From an uncultured archaeon (GTDB lineage: Archaea > Asgardarchaeota > Thorarchaeia > Thorarchaeales > Thorarchaeaceae): a DNA stretch of 32,000 nt. The stretch spans positions 120,817 to 152,816 of the forward strand of contig CAYHAA010000006.1 in NCBI GenBank assembly GCA_964354495.1, read 5' to 3'. The position numbers were made by a program, and so were the translations under genes. Shown piece by piece: positions 1-7,912 of this stretch (the stretch's first letter is position 1; each line of letters begins with the position of its first letter). The notes under the pieces were generated by a model. The model worked only from the letters and a program-made list of their open reading frames with translations. It did no database searches and was not told the DNA's origin.

Positions 1-2
1 AG

Positions 3-461
3 ATTCATATCAGCAACGTCACTCGTCGTTTCGTGAAGAGTATGCATGATGTACTGAGGGTGAGCGACATCGTACGTGCTGTATCATTGAACACACATGA
101 GATACCCACAATTCTGAGCGTAGTCGGGCCAGAACTAGGAGTAGTCTTCTCTAGATGTTCCAGATGTGGCAACCCCTTGACCCTTACAACACTCAATAAT
201 CTGTTCTGCCTGAGGTGTGAGAACAGAGAAACACGAGAAGTCGCTAATGACTATGGCCAGAACTATGGGCTTGAAGCAAGACCTGATCTAGCACCCCGAC
301 AAAGGTCCTATGACAATCGAGACTATGACCGAGGTGACCGTCGTGGTGGCAGGCGCTTTGAAGGCGGCCGTCGTGAAAGGGATGGAGACAGACGTTTTAG
401 TGACAGGAGACCGGAGAGGCCTAGCCGAAGAGAAAGTGACAGCAGGAGGCGCCGTGATTGA
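3..461 (+). CDS. csl4: Exosome complex RNA-binding protein Csl4 (5'-truncated by window edge) with R/D/G-rich C-terminal tail
   Basis: Frame is open from nt 3 (IHISNVTRRFVKSMHDVLRVSDIVRA, S1-like). It continues into LGVVFSRCSRCG...CLRCENRETREV, the Csl4 Zn ribbon, and lies directly upstream of rpoL as in many archaea. Confidence 0.88.
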   Translation: MHISNVTRRFVKSMHDVLRVSDIVRAVSLNTHEIPTILSVVGPELGVVFSRCSRCGNPLTLTTLNNLFCLRCENRETREVANDYGQNYGLEARPDLAPRQRSYDNRDYDRGDRRGGRRFEGGRRERDGDRRFSDRRPERPSRRESDSRRRRD

Positions 462-748
462 AACCAAGAACAATAGAGAATACAAAGTTTGAGATGATCT
501 TTGAAATTGGCGGAGAAGGGCATTCATTTCCTAATCTGCTACGTAAGACCCTTCTCGAAGAACCAGCTGTAGAGTTCGCAGGCTACAATATAGAACATCC
601 ATTACTAGCTAGTCCGGTTGTCACTCTAAGGACACAACGGCGTCAGGCAAATGTCGTCCTTCGCGAGGCTCTTGAGAAGATGCTTGCTCGCACAGAGGAA
701 TTTCGAAAGAAGTTCAATCAGGCAATGTCTGATCATAGTACTGAATAG
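458..748 (+). CDS. rpoL: DNA-directed RNA polymerase subunit L (Rpo11)
   Basis: GEGHSFPNLLRKTL...VEFAGYNIEHPL matches the Rpo11/RPB11 motif; start overlaps the csl4 stop. Confidence 0.95.
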   Translation: MKPRTIENTKFEMIFEIGGEGHSFPNLLRKTLLEEPAVEFAGYNIEHPLLASPVVTLRTQRRQANVVLREALEKMLARTEEFRKKFNQAMSDHSTE

Positions 749-778
749 AGATCAATCAGCCATACAGGTGAGTCCCAA

Positions 779-1189
779 ATGTGGGAATCCTTCGTTCAGC
801 ATACGAGCATCGAGCAAATCGTGAATGATAAGGGACTTGCAAAAGTGGGCGACAATCTAGTGAACCTGTGTTATTCACTGGCCAAGTCCTTAGTGCTTGG
901 GCACACGACTGGTGAGAAAGTTCGAGACAGTATACTTGCACGTGCAATACGTGGAACATCAGTATATCAGCACATGAACAGGCGAAGCGATGTTGGAAGA
1001 GCTGCGGATGCTTACGAAGCCATCATGGCATACCTGTGGATGACTAATAAGACGACAATCTTTGCTATGGTTGAATCCCTTGCGAGTTTCCTTGATATCG
1101 ATAGCAGCACCAGTCGAGTAAAAGAAGGTGAGCGTGCTGCCATCTCCTTCCAGCATCTCTTGGAACAGAACATCGCACATCTTCCATAG
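779..1189 (+). CDS. Archaeal ribonuclease III-like protein
   Basis: DKGLAKVGDNLVNLCYSLA...ADAYEAIMAYLW resembles the archaeal RNase III-like family; located between rpoL and tfs. Confidence 0.75.
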   Translation: MWESFVQHTSIEQIVNDKGLAKVGDNLVNLCYSLAKSLVLGHTTGEKVRDSILARAIRGTSVYQHMNRRSDVGRAADAYEAIMAYLWMTNKTTIFAMVESLASFLDIDSSTSRVKEGERAAISFQHLLEQNIAHLP

Positions 1190-1270
1190 TGCAATCACAC
1201 TCACCAATGACCCAGTCAAAACGCTTAATTGACAACTGCATACAGCCGCTCTGAAGTGGTGTGCAGTACC

Positions 1271-1600
1271 ATGGAGTTCTGTGACAAATGCGGTGCCATG
1301 ATGGTAGTCTTTACGCAAGATGATGGTAGTAAGGTCCTGAGATGTCGAAGTTGTCAACACACCAAGAAAATCAAGGGTGAGATGAGAGTATCTCAGAACA
1401 TTGAGAGGAGTCCGCATGACAAGATCGTTGTTGTTGAGGATGACTCCATTCCTATGCCTGTCACAAAAGCCATTTGCCCTAAGTGCGGTAACACCGATGC
1501 ATACTACTGGACACTGCAGACACGCCGTGGTGATGAGGGTGCAACTGAGTTCTATAGGTGCACCAGCTGCAAACATACATGGCGCTACTATGGTGGATAA
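1271..1600 (+). CDS. tfs: Transcription factor S (TFS/RpoM family)
   Basis: N-terminal ribbon MEFCDKCG...CRSC and C-terminal ribbon CPKCGN...QTRRGDEGATEFYRCTSC with the acidic DE hairpin. ATG 1271 preferred over TTG 1229. Confidence 0.95.
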   Translation: MEFCDKCGAMMVVFTQDDGSKVLRCRSCQHTKKIKGEMRVSQNIERSPHDKIVVVEDDSIPMPVTKAICPKCGNTDAYYWTLQTRRGDEGATEFYRCTSCKHTWRYYGG

Positions 1601-1704
1601 ACAACCACCGCAAGAAGTAACACATTTATAGCCTCGCTTATGGTTCAGTCAGAGGATAGTTGGTAGTCCCCACTGCCTAGGACAATGAATAGGGCGCTTG
1701 TGAC

Positions 1705-2076
1705 TTGACAGAGGAGAAGAAGTTCATCCGAAAGAAACCATCACGACTCACAACTATTCGTGAGATTTCCCACTCATCTCGTGGACCTGTCAGAGTACTG
1801 GGAATTGTTGTCGATTCCAGCCCTGGTTCAGCCCTTGTACAGGACCTCTATGATGAGGATGTCAAAAAAGCAGGAAGTATATGGGTCAGCGTAGAGGGAA
1901 CTTTTGAGCTTAAGAAGAAGTATCTCATCATTGGTGAATTGACCGAGAAGACTGATGGTCAAAGCAAAATACCATGGTTGAATGCGACACTTGTGCATGA
2001 TATAGATGCGCTCGATATTGCTCTGTATAAGGAAGTTTTAGACTTTGAGGGGAAGGTAACCAAAACAATGAGTTGA
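1705..2076 (+). CDS. Small OB-fold protein, probable replication protein A small subunit (RPA3/RPA14-like)
   Basis: Basic start RKKPSRLTTIREI, strands VRVLGIVVD and YLIIGEL, and C-terminal VHDIDALDIALYKEV helix resemble euryarchaeal RPA14 and eukaryotic RPA3; replication-gene context. Confidence 0.6.
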   Translation: MTEEKKFIRKKPSRLTTIREISHSSRGPVRVLGIVVDSSPGSALVQDLYDEDVKKAGSIWVSVEGTFELKKKYLIIGELTEKTDGQSKIPWLNATLVHDIDALDIALYKEVLDFEGKVTKTMS

Positions 2077-2086
2077 TGGAGGAATC

Positions 2087-2842
2087 ATGATGTTTCATGC
2101 AACACTTGATAGCACAAAGATATGGAAACAGATTGTAGACGCGCTTGCTACACTACTCACTGAGATTCATTTTATTGTATCTGAAGGTGGACTCACGTTG
2201 ACGCAGTATGACTCTTCCAGAGCTGCTATGGTCTATCTCTTTCTACCAAACAGTGTCTTCCAGGAGTATGTCTGCACTGGGGAGTACAATATTTGTCTTG
2301 GCGTTGATGAGCTTGTGAAAGTGAGCAGACGCATGGCTGGAGATGACCGGTTGGAGTTTGATCTGGACGAAAACGAGAAACGCCTCAAGATTCGAATGAT
2401 TGGCCAGGTTGAGCGAACCTTCAGACTCCAACTCCTTACGCCACCGGAGGAACGAATCCAAAGCCTGAATCCTGGCTTTGAGGTTCGCGCAGAGCTGCTC
2501 TCAGACAGTTTTAAGCAGGCTGTGAGGGACATAGGGGTGGTTTCAAACCACCTGCGTGTGACAGCAACAAGTGACTCATTGACGTTTACTGGGGCAGGCG
2601 ATACTGGAGAAGCTGAGGTTCTTCTCAAGTTGGGTGATAACTCACCACTCCATCGCCTAAGTGTCAACGACAGAGCATCATCGACGTATGCACTCAGTTA
2701 CCTGACCGAAATAAGTAAGGCCATCTCTAGTGATAGTCTGACTCTGCAGATGACAGAGGACAAACCTCTCGTACTTGAGTTTGCTATTGCGGAGAATGGA
2801 GAGATGCGGTTCCTTCTTGCTCCACGAGTCGAACGGAGATGA
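2087..2842 (+). CDS. pcn: DNA sliding clamp PCNA, paralog 1
   Basis: 251 aa; DSSRAAMV.L.LP, FQEY, YALSYL, DKPLVLEF and FLLAPRVE are PCNA hallmarks. Confidence 0.95.
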   Translation: MMFHATLDSTKIWKQIVDALATLLTEIHFIVSEGGLTLTQYDSSRAAMVYLFLPNSVFQEYVCTGEYNICLGVDELVKVSRRMAGDDRLEFDLDENEKRLKIRMIGQVERTFRLQLLTPPEERIQSLNPGFEVRAELLSDSFKQAVRDIGVVSNHLRVTATSDSLTFTGAGDTGEAEVLLKLGDNSPLHRLSVNDRASSTYALSYLTEISKAISSDSLTLQMTEDKPLVLEFAIAENGEMRFLLAPRVERR

Positions 2843-2953
2843 TAGACCCGGTTTTCGATAATATACTGGCACCAGTTTCTTCCGAGAAGTACATTTTAAT
2901 GGCTATGGATACTGCTAATATCTGACGAAACGAGGTCTAGTCAAAGGTCTCTC

Positions 2954-3727
2954 ATGCAACTGGAGGAAAAGAATGTGTTCCACGCAACCTTGGACAGTAC
3001 GAAAACCTGGAAGCAGATAGTTGATGTCTTAGCGACTCTTCTCACTGAGGCACATCTTCGAGTTTCTGAGTCCGGAATGACGCTACGCCAGCTAGACTCA
3101 TCCAAAGCAGCAATGGTCGATCTGAATCTCCCATCTGCTGTCTTTCAGGAGTATGCATGTAAGGGAGAACATGACATCTGCTTGGGGATTGATGAGCTTA
3201 CCAGAGTGAGCAAGCGAATGGGCGGAGATGAACGCCTAGAGTTCAATCTCAATGAGAATCGACTAGAGATTAAGATGATTGGTCAGGCAGAACGAGAGTT
3301 CAGGCTTCAACTTCTCACTCCTCCAGACAGTCAGACCAACAAACCAAGTATGACTTTTGAAGTCAAGGCTGAAATGTACGCTGATGCATTCAAACAGGCA
3401 ATCAAGGACATAGGCGTGGTTTCAAGCCATGTGAAAATTCTCGCCGAGAAGAACATGCTCACCTTCTCGGGAGAGGGTGATACTGGTGAGGCACGAGTCA
3501 CTCTTTCAACTGAGGGCGAAGATCCAGCTCTCTTTCAATTGAAGGTCGGAAGTGGGCAAACTGCTGCCATGTACGCGCTTAATTATCTCTCTGAGATATC
3601 AAAAGCTATTCCAAGTGATAGCATAGTCCTCCAGCTCACTGCGAACAAGCCAATGATGCTGGAGTTCACAATAGCCGAGGCTGGCAGTATCAGCTTCATC
3701 TTAGCACCACGTGTTGAACGTAGATAG
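2954..3727 (+). CDS. pcn: DNA sliding clamp PCNA, paralog 2
   Basis: 257 aa; same hallmarks (DSSKAAMVDLNLP, YALNYL, NKPMMLEF, FILAPRVE); tandem paralog of 2087..2842. Confidence 0.95.
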   Translation: MQLEEKNVFHATLDSTKTWKQIVDVLATLLTEAHLRVSESGMTLRQLDSSKAAMVDLNLPSAVFQEYACKGEHDICLGIDELTRVSKRMGGDERLEFNLNENRLEIKMIGQAEREFRLQLLTPPDSQTNKPSMTFEVKAEMYADAFKQAIKDIGVVSSHVKILAEKNMLTFSGEGDTGEARVTLSTEGEDPALFQLKVGSGQTAAMYALNYLSEISKAIPSDSIVLQLTANKPMMLEFTIAEAGSISFILAPRVERR

Positions 3728-3846
3728 ACTTACCTGCCTATCCCACTACAGGACGTGAGTCACCTACGAAAAACACCAACCCGTCCACATTTCATTGGCT
3801 CTCATAGCAGAAACATAAAAGTCCACAAGGGGAATGGTCTTCTCCG

Positions 3847-5241
3847 ATGTCAAAAAGCACTCATGGAATGACAACAACAATCATGAAGCTAAGGCTTCTT
3901 TTCCACGAGTATTACTTAGAGGGCCCTCAATCCTTAGACGTACCAGAGCGAATCAACGCTCGAGAGTTTGCTCTGCAGACTTGGGAGCATAACTGGCACT
4001 GCATGGAACGAAGAAGTAAAGATGACTCGGGCAAAGAAACCCGAATCGGCTGCGGGAAATCAGGAAAGTCTTTCCAGCCTCTGAAGGAGTGTCCGAACTG
4101 CGGATCGGGAGAGGTCAAATCCACCAGTTGGATTCGGCATGTTGGTTACCGCTCTCAAGATGAGCTCCTGGCAGGTCTGACCAACTCCGCGCCTCAGAGT
4201 GTGTACCATTCTGCAGCATTCTATGGAGTTCCAATTGCAACACACATGCATGAAAAGGAGTGGCAGGGCGCGGAGCTAGTCTTCGATATAGACGCAGACC
4301 ACTTGGACCTGAAATGTGCAAATGACCATGATGCTTGGCGGTGCAATAACGTTGACTGCCATAAGACAGGAACTGGAGCTGCACCGGAAACGTGCCCGGT
4401 CTGCGGAAACAGCAGTTTCAATACGAGGAAATGGATTTGCGATAAATGCCTCAATGAAGCACGAAGGTATACCAAAAAGCTCTATGACGACTTCTTGGTT
4501 GGGGACTTCGGATTTGACCCAGGGAAAATCCAGCTCAATTACAGTGGACATAGAGGCTACCACGTGCGAGTTCGTGATTCTCAAGTATATGCATTGGACT
4601 CCAATGCGCGCGTAGAGATAGTCCACTATGTAATGGGCCTCGGATTCAAAAACGATAAGGCCAAGGCCATAGTCACTGAGCATAACGTTGAATTGATACC
4701 AGGCCGTGATGTCCCTGGCTGGACTGGACGGGTTGCTGATGCTATGATTGAGTTCATCCAAACCATTGACGCTTACTCGGGTACAGAGAAATGGGTCTCT
4801 GCCCTGAAGGATCATAGGGTTGATGCAGTGGATGGCCTTAAACGAGGTAGACCAGTTCTGAGCAAGAACGTGAAGGGAGTTGGTGTCAAGTATTGGCAGG
4901 AGATTGCAGAGAAGGCGGTTGAGCGCTATGGTAGTAAGATCGACAGACCAGTCACTCATGATATTCATAGAGTCATTCGTCTCATTGGGAGTCTAAATGG
5001 AAAGACTGGCTTGGTCGCATCTTTACTCACACGCGACAAACTTGACGATTTTGATCCATTCAGCGAATCAATTGCTTTCAATCAGGGCACCATGAAGGTC
5101 GTGTTTCATAAAGGGTCACGTGTTCCCTCGTTCAAGATTGCCAGCGAAGTCTACGGTCCATTCACAGAGGAAGAACCCGTGGAGTTGCCCATGGCTGCAG
5201 CAGTGTTTGTACTCTGTAAGGGGGTTGCATCGATTGAGTGA
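3847..5241 (+). CDS. priS: DNA primase small (catalytic) subunit PriS with Cys-rich insertions
   Basis: ELVFDIDAD (catalytic DxD), YSGHRGYH and VTHDIHRVIRLIGSLNGKTG motifs; pcna-priS-gins context. Confidence 0.93.
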   Translation: MSKSTHGMTTTIMKLRLLFHEYYLEGPQSLDVPERINAREFALQTWEHNWHCMERRSKDDSGKETRIGCGKSGKSFQPLKECPNCGSGEVKSTSWIRHVGYRSQDELLAGLTNSAPQSVYHSAAFYGVPIATHMHEKEWQGAELVFDIDADHLDLKCANDHDAWRCNNVDCHKTGTGAAPETCPVCGNSSFNTRKWICDKCLNEARRYTKKLYDDFLVGDFGFDPGKIQLNYSGHRGYHVRVRDSQVYALDSNARVEIVHYVMGLGFKNDKAKAIVTEHNVELIPGRDVPGWTGRVADAMIEFIQTIDAYSGTEKWVSALKDHRVDAVDGLKRGRPVLSKNVKGVGVKYWQEIAEKAVERYGSKIDRPVTHDIHRVIRLIGSLNGKTGLVASLLTRDKLDDFDPFSESIAFNQGTMKVVFHKGSRVPSFKIASEVYGPFTEEEPVELPMAAAVFVLCKGVASIE

Positions 5242-5242
5242 T

Positions 5243-5881
5243 ATGAATTACAACGGTATCAAGAGCGCTTGGGAAGATGAAACAGAGAAGGAAGCGCTCC
5301 AAGATCTGGCGGATCTTCGACTCAGCAAGATGATTCAATATCTCTCTAGTGTCCGTCTATCACTAGCAGCAACCAGTGCCGATGAACCCCTTCAAGCGGA
5401 CATACTGACCCAAGAGGCACTGAATCTAGAGTTTATGCTCGAAGATCTACTGGCACTTCGTAGAGATAAGATTGTGAAATCGGCACTTGCCGGACGGCGT
5501 CCGACAGGCGATATGACCCTTACTGAGGAAGAGCTCTATAATAGGGCTCAGCGTGCATTTGATGGTCATTCAGAGTTCATGAAGGAATCGCTCACAGGAT
5601 TGGTTTCATCTCAACCAAAGGCCAGGTCGAAAAAGGACAAGGAAGACAGGGAGGGAACCGAGGCAGTTTCAGTCAAGGCGCCTGACGAGATGGACTATGT
5701 TGTCGTGAGATTTCTCCGACCCATTGATGATGCTTTCATGGGACTTGATGAACTGACGTATGGCCCATTCAAGAAAGAAGATGTTGCTACAATACCTACT
5801 GCGAATGCGAGAATCTGGTTACGTGATGGCACTGCTGCCCGTGTAGTGCTTGAGGATGGTGTCATAGCAGATGAAAAATGA
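5243..5881 (+). CDS. GINS complex subunit Gins15/Gins51
   Basis: Helical A domain followed by B domain VVVRFLRPID...YGPFKKEDVATIPTANA. ATG 5243 lies 2 nt after the priS stop; priS-gins15 linkage is conserved in archaea. Confidence 0.85.
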   Translation: MNYNGIKSAWEDETEKEALQDLADLRLSKMIQYLSSVRLSLAATSADEPLQADILTQEALNLEFMLEDLLALRRDKIVKSALAGRRPTGDMTLTEEELYNRAQRAFDGHSEFMKESLTGLVSSQPKARSKKDKEDREGTEAVSVKAPDEMDYVVVRFLRPIDDAFMGLDELTYGPFKKEDVATIPTANARIWLRDGTAARVVLEDGVIADEK

Positions 5882-6167
5882 GCAGGCCATTGATGAACTG
5901 AACGGCCTCCTCCAATTCTTGAATGAGCAACTGGATGAGATTAAGTCTCTCCATAAGAAATTCCTAGTTGCTCTTACAGGAGTTCTCAGACTAGCAAACG
6001 ATGATGGCTCTTTATTGACAAAGCTCCACGGCGAACCAGAGAACCTTAGGTCCTACCTGATTCAGATGGCCATGAAAATATCTGATACAACTACGCAATC
6101 ATATGGGATTATTAGACAAAGAATCGAAACCATCATCGACTCAGCGCTCACAGACAGAAAGTCCTAA
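5871..6167 (+). CDS. Hypothetical helical protein
   Basis: 98-aa ORF overlapping the gins15 end by 11 nt; amphipathic helical pattern; no family recognised. Confidence 0.65.
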   Translation: MKNEQAIDELNGLLQFLNEQLDEIKSLHKKFLVALTGVLRLANDDGSLLTKLHGEPENLRSYLIQMAMKISDTTTQSYGIIRQRIETIIDSALTDRKS

Positions 6168-6192
6168 GAGCCAATGAGTTCAGACACAATTC

Positions 6193-6384
6193 ATGCTCAG
6201 TCACCGAACACTCTTTCTGGTTATTGGATTCATCTGCATTGTACTTACCATAATCGGCGGTCTGATGTACCCTATGAATACAATGAGCATCTTCGAGATC
6301 AGTGCCTATGTCTTGACCGTGTCCCTTGGTATAGTCGGTCTGCTGTTTCTCCTTCACCAAAGAGGCTTTGATGAATCCCTTTGA
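6193..6384 (+). CDS. Small two-TM membrane protein, hypothetical
   Basis: 63 aa with two hydrophobic stretches (LFLVIGFICIVLTIIGGLM; ISAYVLTVSLGIVGLLFLL); co-directional with upstream genes. Confidence 0.55.
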   Translation: MLSHRTLFLVIGFICIVLTIIGGLMYPMNTMSIFEISAYVLTVSLGIVGLLFLLHQRGFDESL

Positions 6385-6411
6385 ATTGACTCTGCAGCCA
6401 CTGTGTCATGT

Positions 6412-6427
6412 CTATAAACTTTTAATA
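6412..6427 (+). promoter_or_regulatory. Candidate TATA-box region upstream of the hdr operon
   Basis: AT-rich CTATAAACTTTTAATA about 60 nt before hdrC ATG 6489; pattern match only. Confidence 0.3.
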
Positions 6428-6488
6428 CAGGCTTCGAATGCGCACTGTAACTGGCGAAGTGATTCGTCGCATGCATGTGGTGTACACC

Positions 6489-7031
6489 ATGGCTGAAACT
6501 GAAGAACGGACTGGTCCTCCTGTCACACTAATCGACCCCATTGATATGTCGAAACTGGACACAAAGTTTCGAGAGGAAATCAAAAGCATGCCAAATGGCG
6601 AGGAACTGTCGGCCTGTTTTGCGTGTTCGACTTGCACTGCTGCATGTCCAATTGCGAACATATGGAAATACAAGCCACATCAATTGATCCGAATGATGCT
6701 TCTTGGGATGCGCGAAGAGGTTCTCATGTCCAATGAGATATGGCTCTGTCTGACATGTTACCAATGCCAAGAACGGTGCCCTCAGAAGGTCCGTGTGACT
6801 GACATCTTCTTCGATTGCAAGAACTTAGCTGCGGAACAAGGTAAGGTCCCGCCGAAGGTTGTCGCACTTGCCAAGGAACTGCTTACTAAGGGCCAACTGT
6901 ACTCAGTGACTGCAGACTGGGAACGAGAAGACATGGGTCTAGAACCTGCGGTTCCGGGTCTCTCAGTCGAAGCTGTGAAGACTATCCTCGGGGGTACTCG
7001 AATTAGGAAGCTTGCGGGTGGTGAGCAATAA
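6489..7031 (+). CDS. hdrC: Heterodisulfide reductase subunit C-like (2x[4Fe-4S])
   Basis: CFACSTCTAACP and WLCLTCYQCQERCPQKV motifs; ATG 6489 preferred. Confidence 0.92.
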   Translation: MAETEERTGPPVTLIDPIDMSKLDTKFREEIKSMPNGEELSACFACSTCTAACPIANIWKYKPHQLIRMMLLGMREEVLMSNEIWLCLTCYQCQERCPQKVRVTDIFFDCKNLAAEQGKVPPKVVALAKELLTKGQLYSVTADWEREDMGLEPAVPGLSVEAVKTILGGTRIRKLAGGEQ

Positions 7032-7032
7032 G

Positions 7033-7899
7033 ATGCCCGTTTACAATCTTTACATCGGCTGCAGTGTCCCCGTGAACTATCCGAATTATGAGGCTGCCAT
7101 GCATAAAGTAGCTCAGGCTTTCGATATGGAACTTCTGTATATGGATGGAGTAGCGTGCTGTGGAAGTCCAAATCTGAGAGCTATCGACCACCTGGGCTGG
7201 GTAACAGTCAATGCAAGGACCCTTGCAATTGCTGATAAGAATGGTCATGATATTGTCACCCCCTGCAATGGCTGCTTTGGGTCCCTAAAGGAGGTCTATC
7301 ACCTTCTCAAGCATGATGACAAGCTCAGAAACAAGATTAACCAAGGCCTGAAGAAGGAAGGCCTTGAATTCAAGGGAACAACAACACCGCGTCATTTCGT
7401 TGAAGCGCTCTATAATGATATTGGAATTGATGAAATCCGGAAGAAGATCACGAAGCCGCTGGATGGAGTAGGAATAGCGATACATTATGGATGCCATCTT
7501 CTTCGTCCTGTGGATGTCACTGAGTTCAAGCCCGAATATCTTCAAGAACTCGTTGAAGTCACAGGCGCAACAGTAGTAGAGTATCCATTATGGAAGCAGT
7601 GCTGCGGAGCCACCGTGCTACCAGTAGACGAATCTCTAGGAATACGGCTTGCTCGCGACAAGCTGAAATCCATGAAAGAGGCCGGCGCTGTCTTTGCGAC
7701 CGTGGTATGTCCTGCGTGTGGCAATCAATTGGACCTACAACAGCTTGGCCTCAAGGAATCATATGGAGAGGAGTACAGTCTCCCTGTGTTGCTCTATCCC
7801 CAGATACTGGGGTTGGCAATTGGACTTGATGAAGAAGCAGTTGGTCTCAGCATGAATAGGGTTCCTGCTAATCCAATTCTGGACCATCTAGGTAGCTGA
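7033..7899 (+). CDS. hdrB: Heterodisulfide reductase subunit B-like (two CCG domains)
   Basis: YIGC..P, ACCGSP, TPCNGC, HYGCH, QCCGA and VCPAC motifs; ATG 7033 is 1 nt after the hdrC stop. Confidence 0.93.
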   Translation: MPVYNLYIGCSVPVNYPNYEAAMHKVAQAFDMELLYMDGVACCGSPNLRAIDHLGWVTVNARTLAIADKNGHDIVTPCNGCFGSLKEVYHLLKHDDKLRNKINQGLKKEGLEFKGTTTPRHFVEALYNDIGIDEIRKKITKPLDGVGIAIHYGCHLLRPVDVTEFKPEYLQELVEVTGATVVEYPLWKQCCGATVLPVDESLGIRLARDKLKSMKEAGAVFATVVCPACGNQLDLQQLGLKESYGEEYSLPVLLYPQILGLAIGLDEEAVGLSMNRVPANPILDHLGS

Positions 7900-7912
7900 G
7901 GTGTGATTCATT

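Noticed and set aside
959-1576. Long antisense or alternative-frame ORFs (e.g. 959..1576, 4276..4968, 9702..10310, 14451..14957)
   Set aside because: They lie opposite well-supported genes and lack family motifs, so they are treated as shadow ORFs.
5120-5242. N-terminal extensions given by the ORF track (gins15, hdrA-mvhD at 9033, cupin at 15715, PIN at 18495, ychF at 30059)
   Set aside because: They overlap upstream genes or precede the conserved N-terminus, so downstream starts were used.
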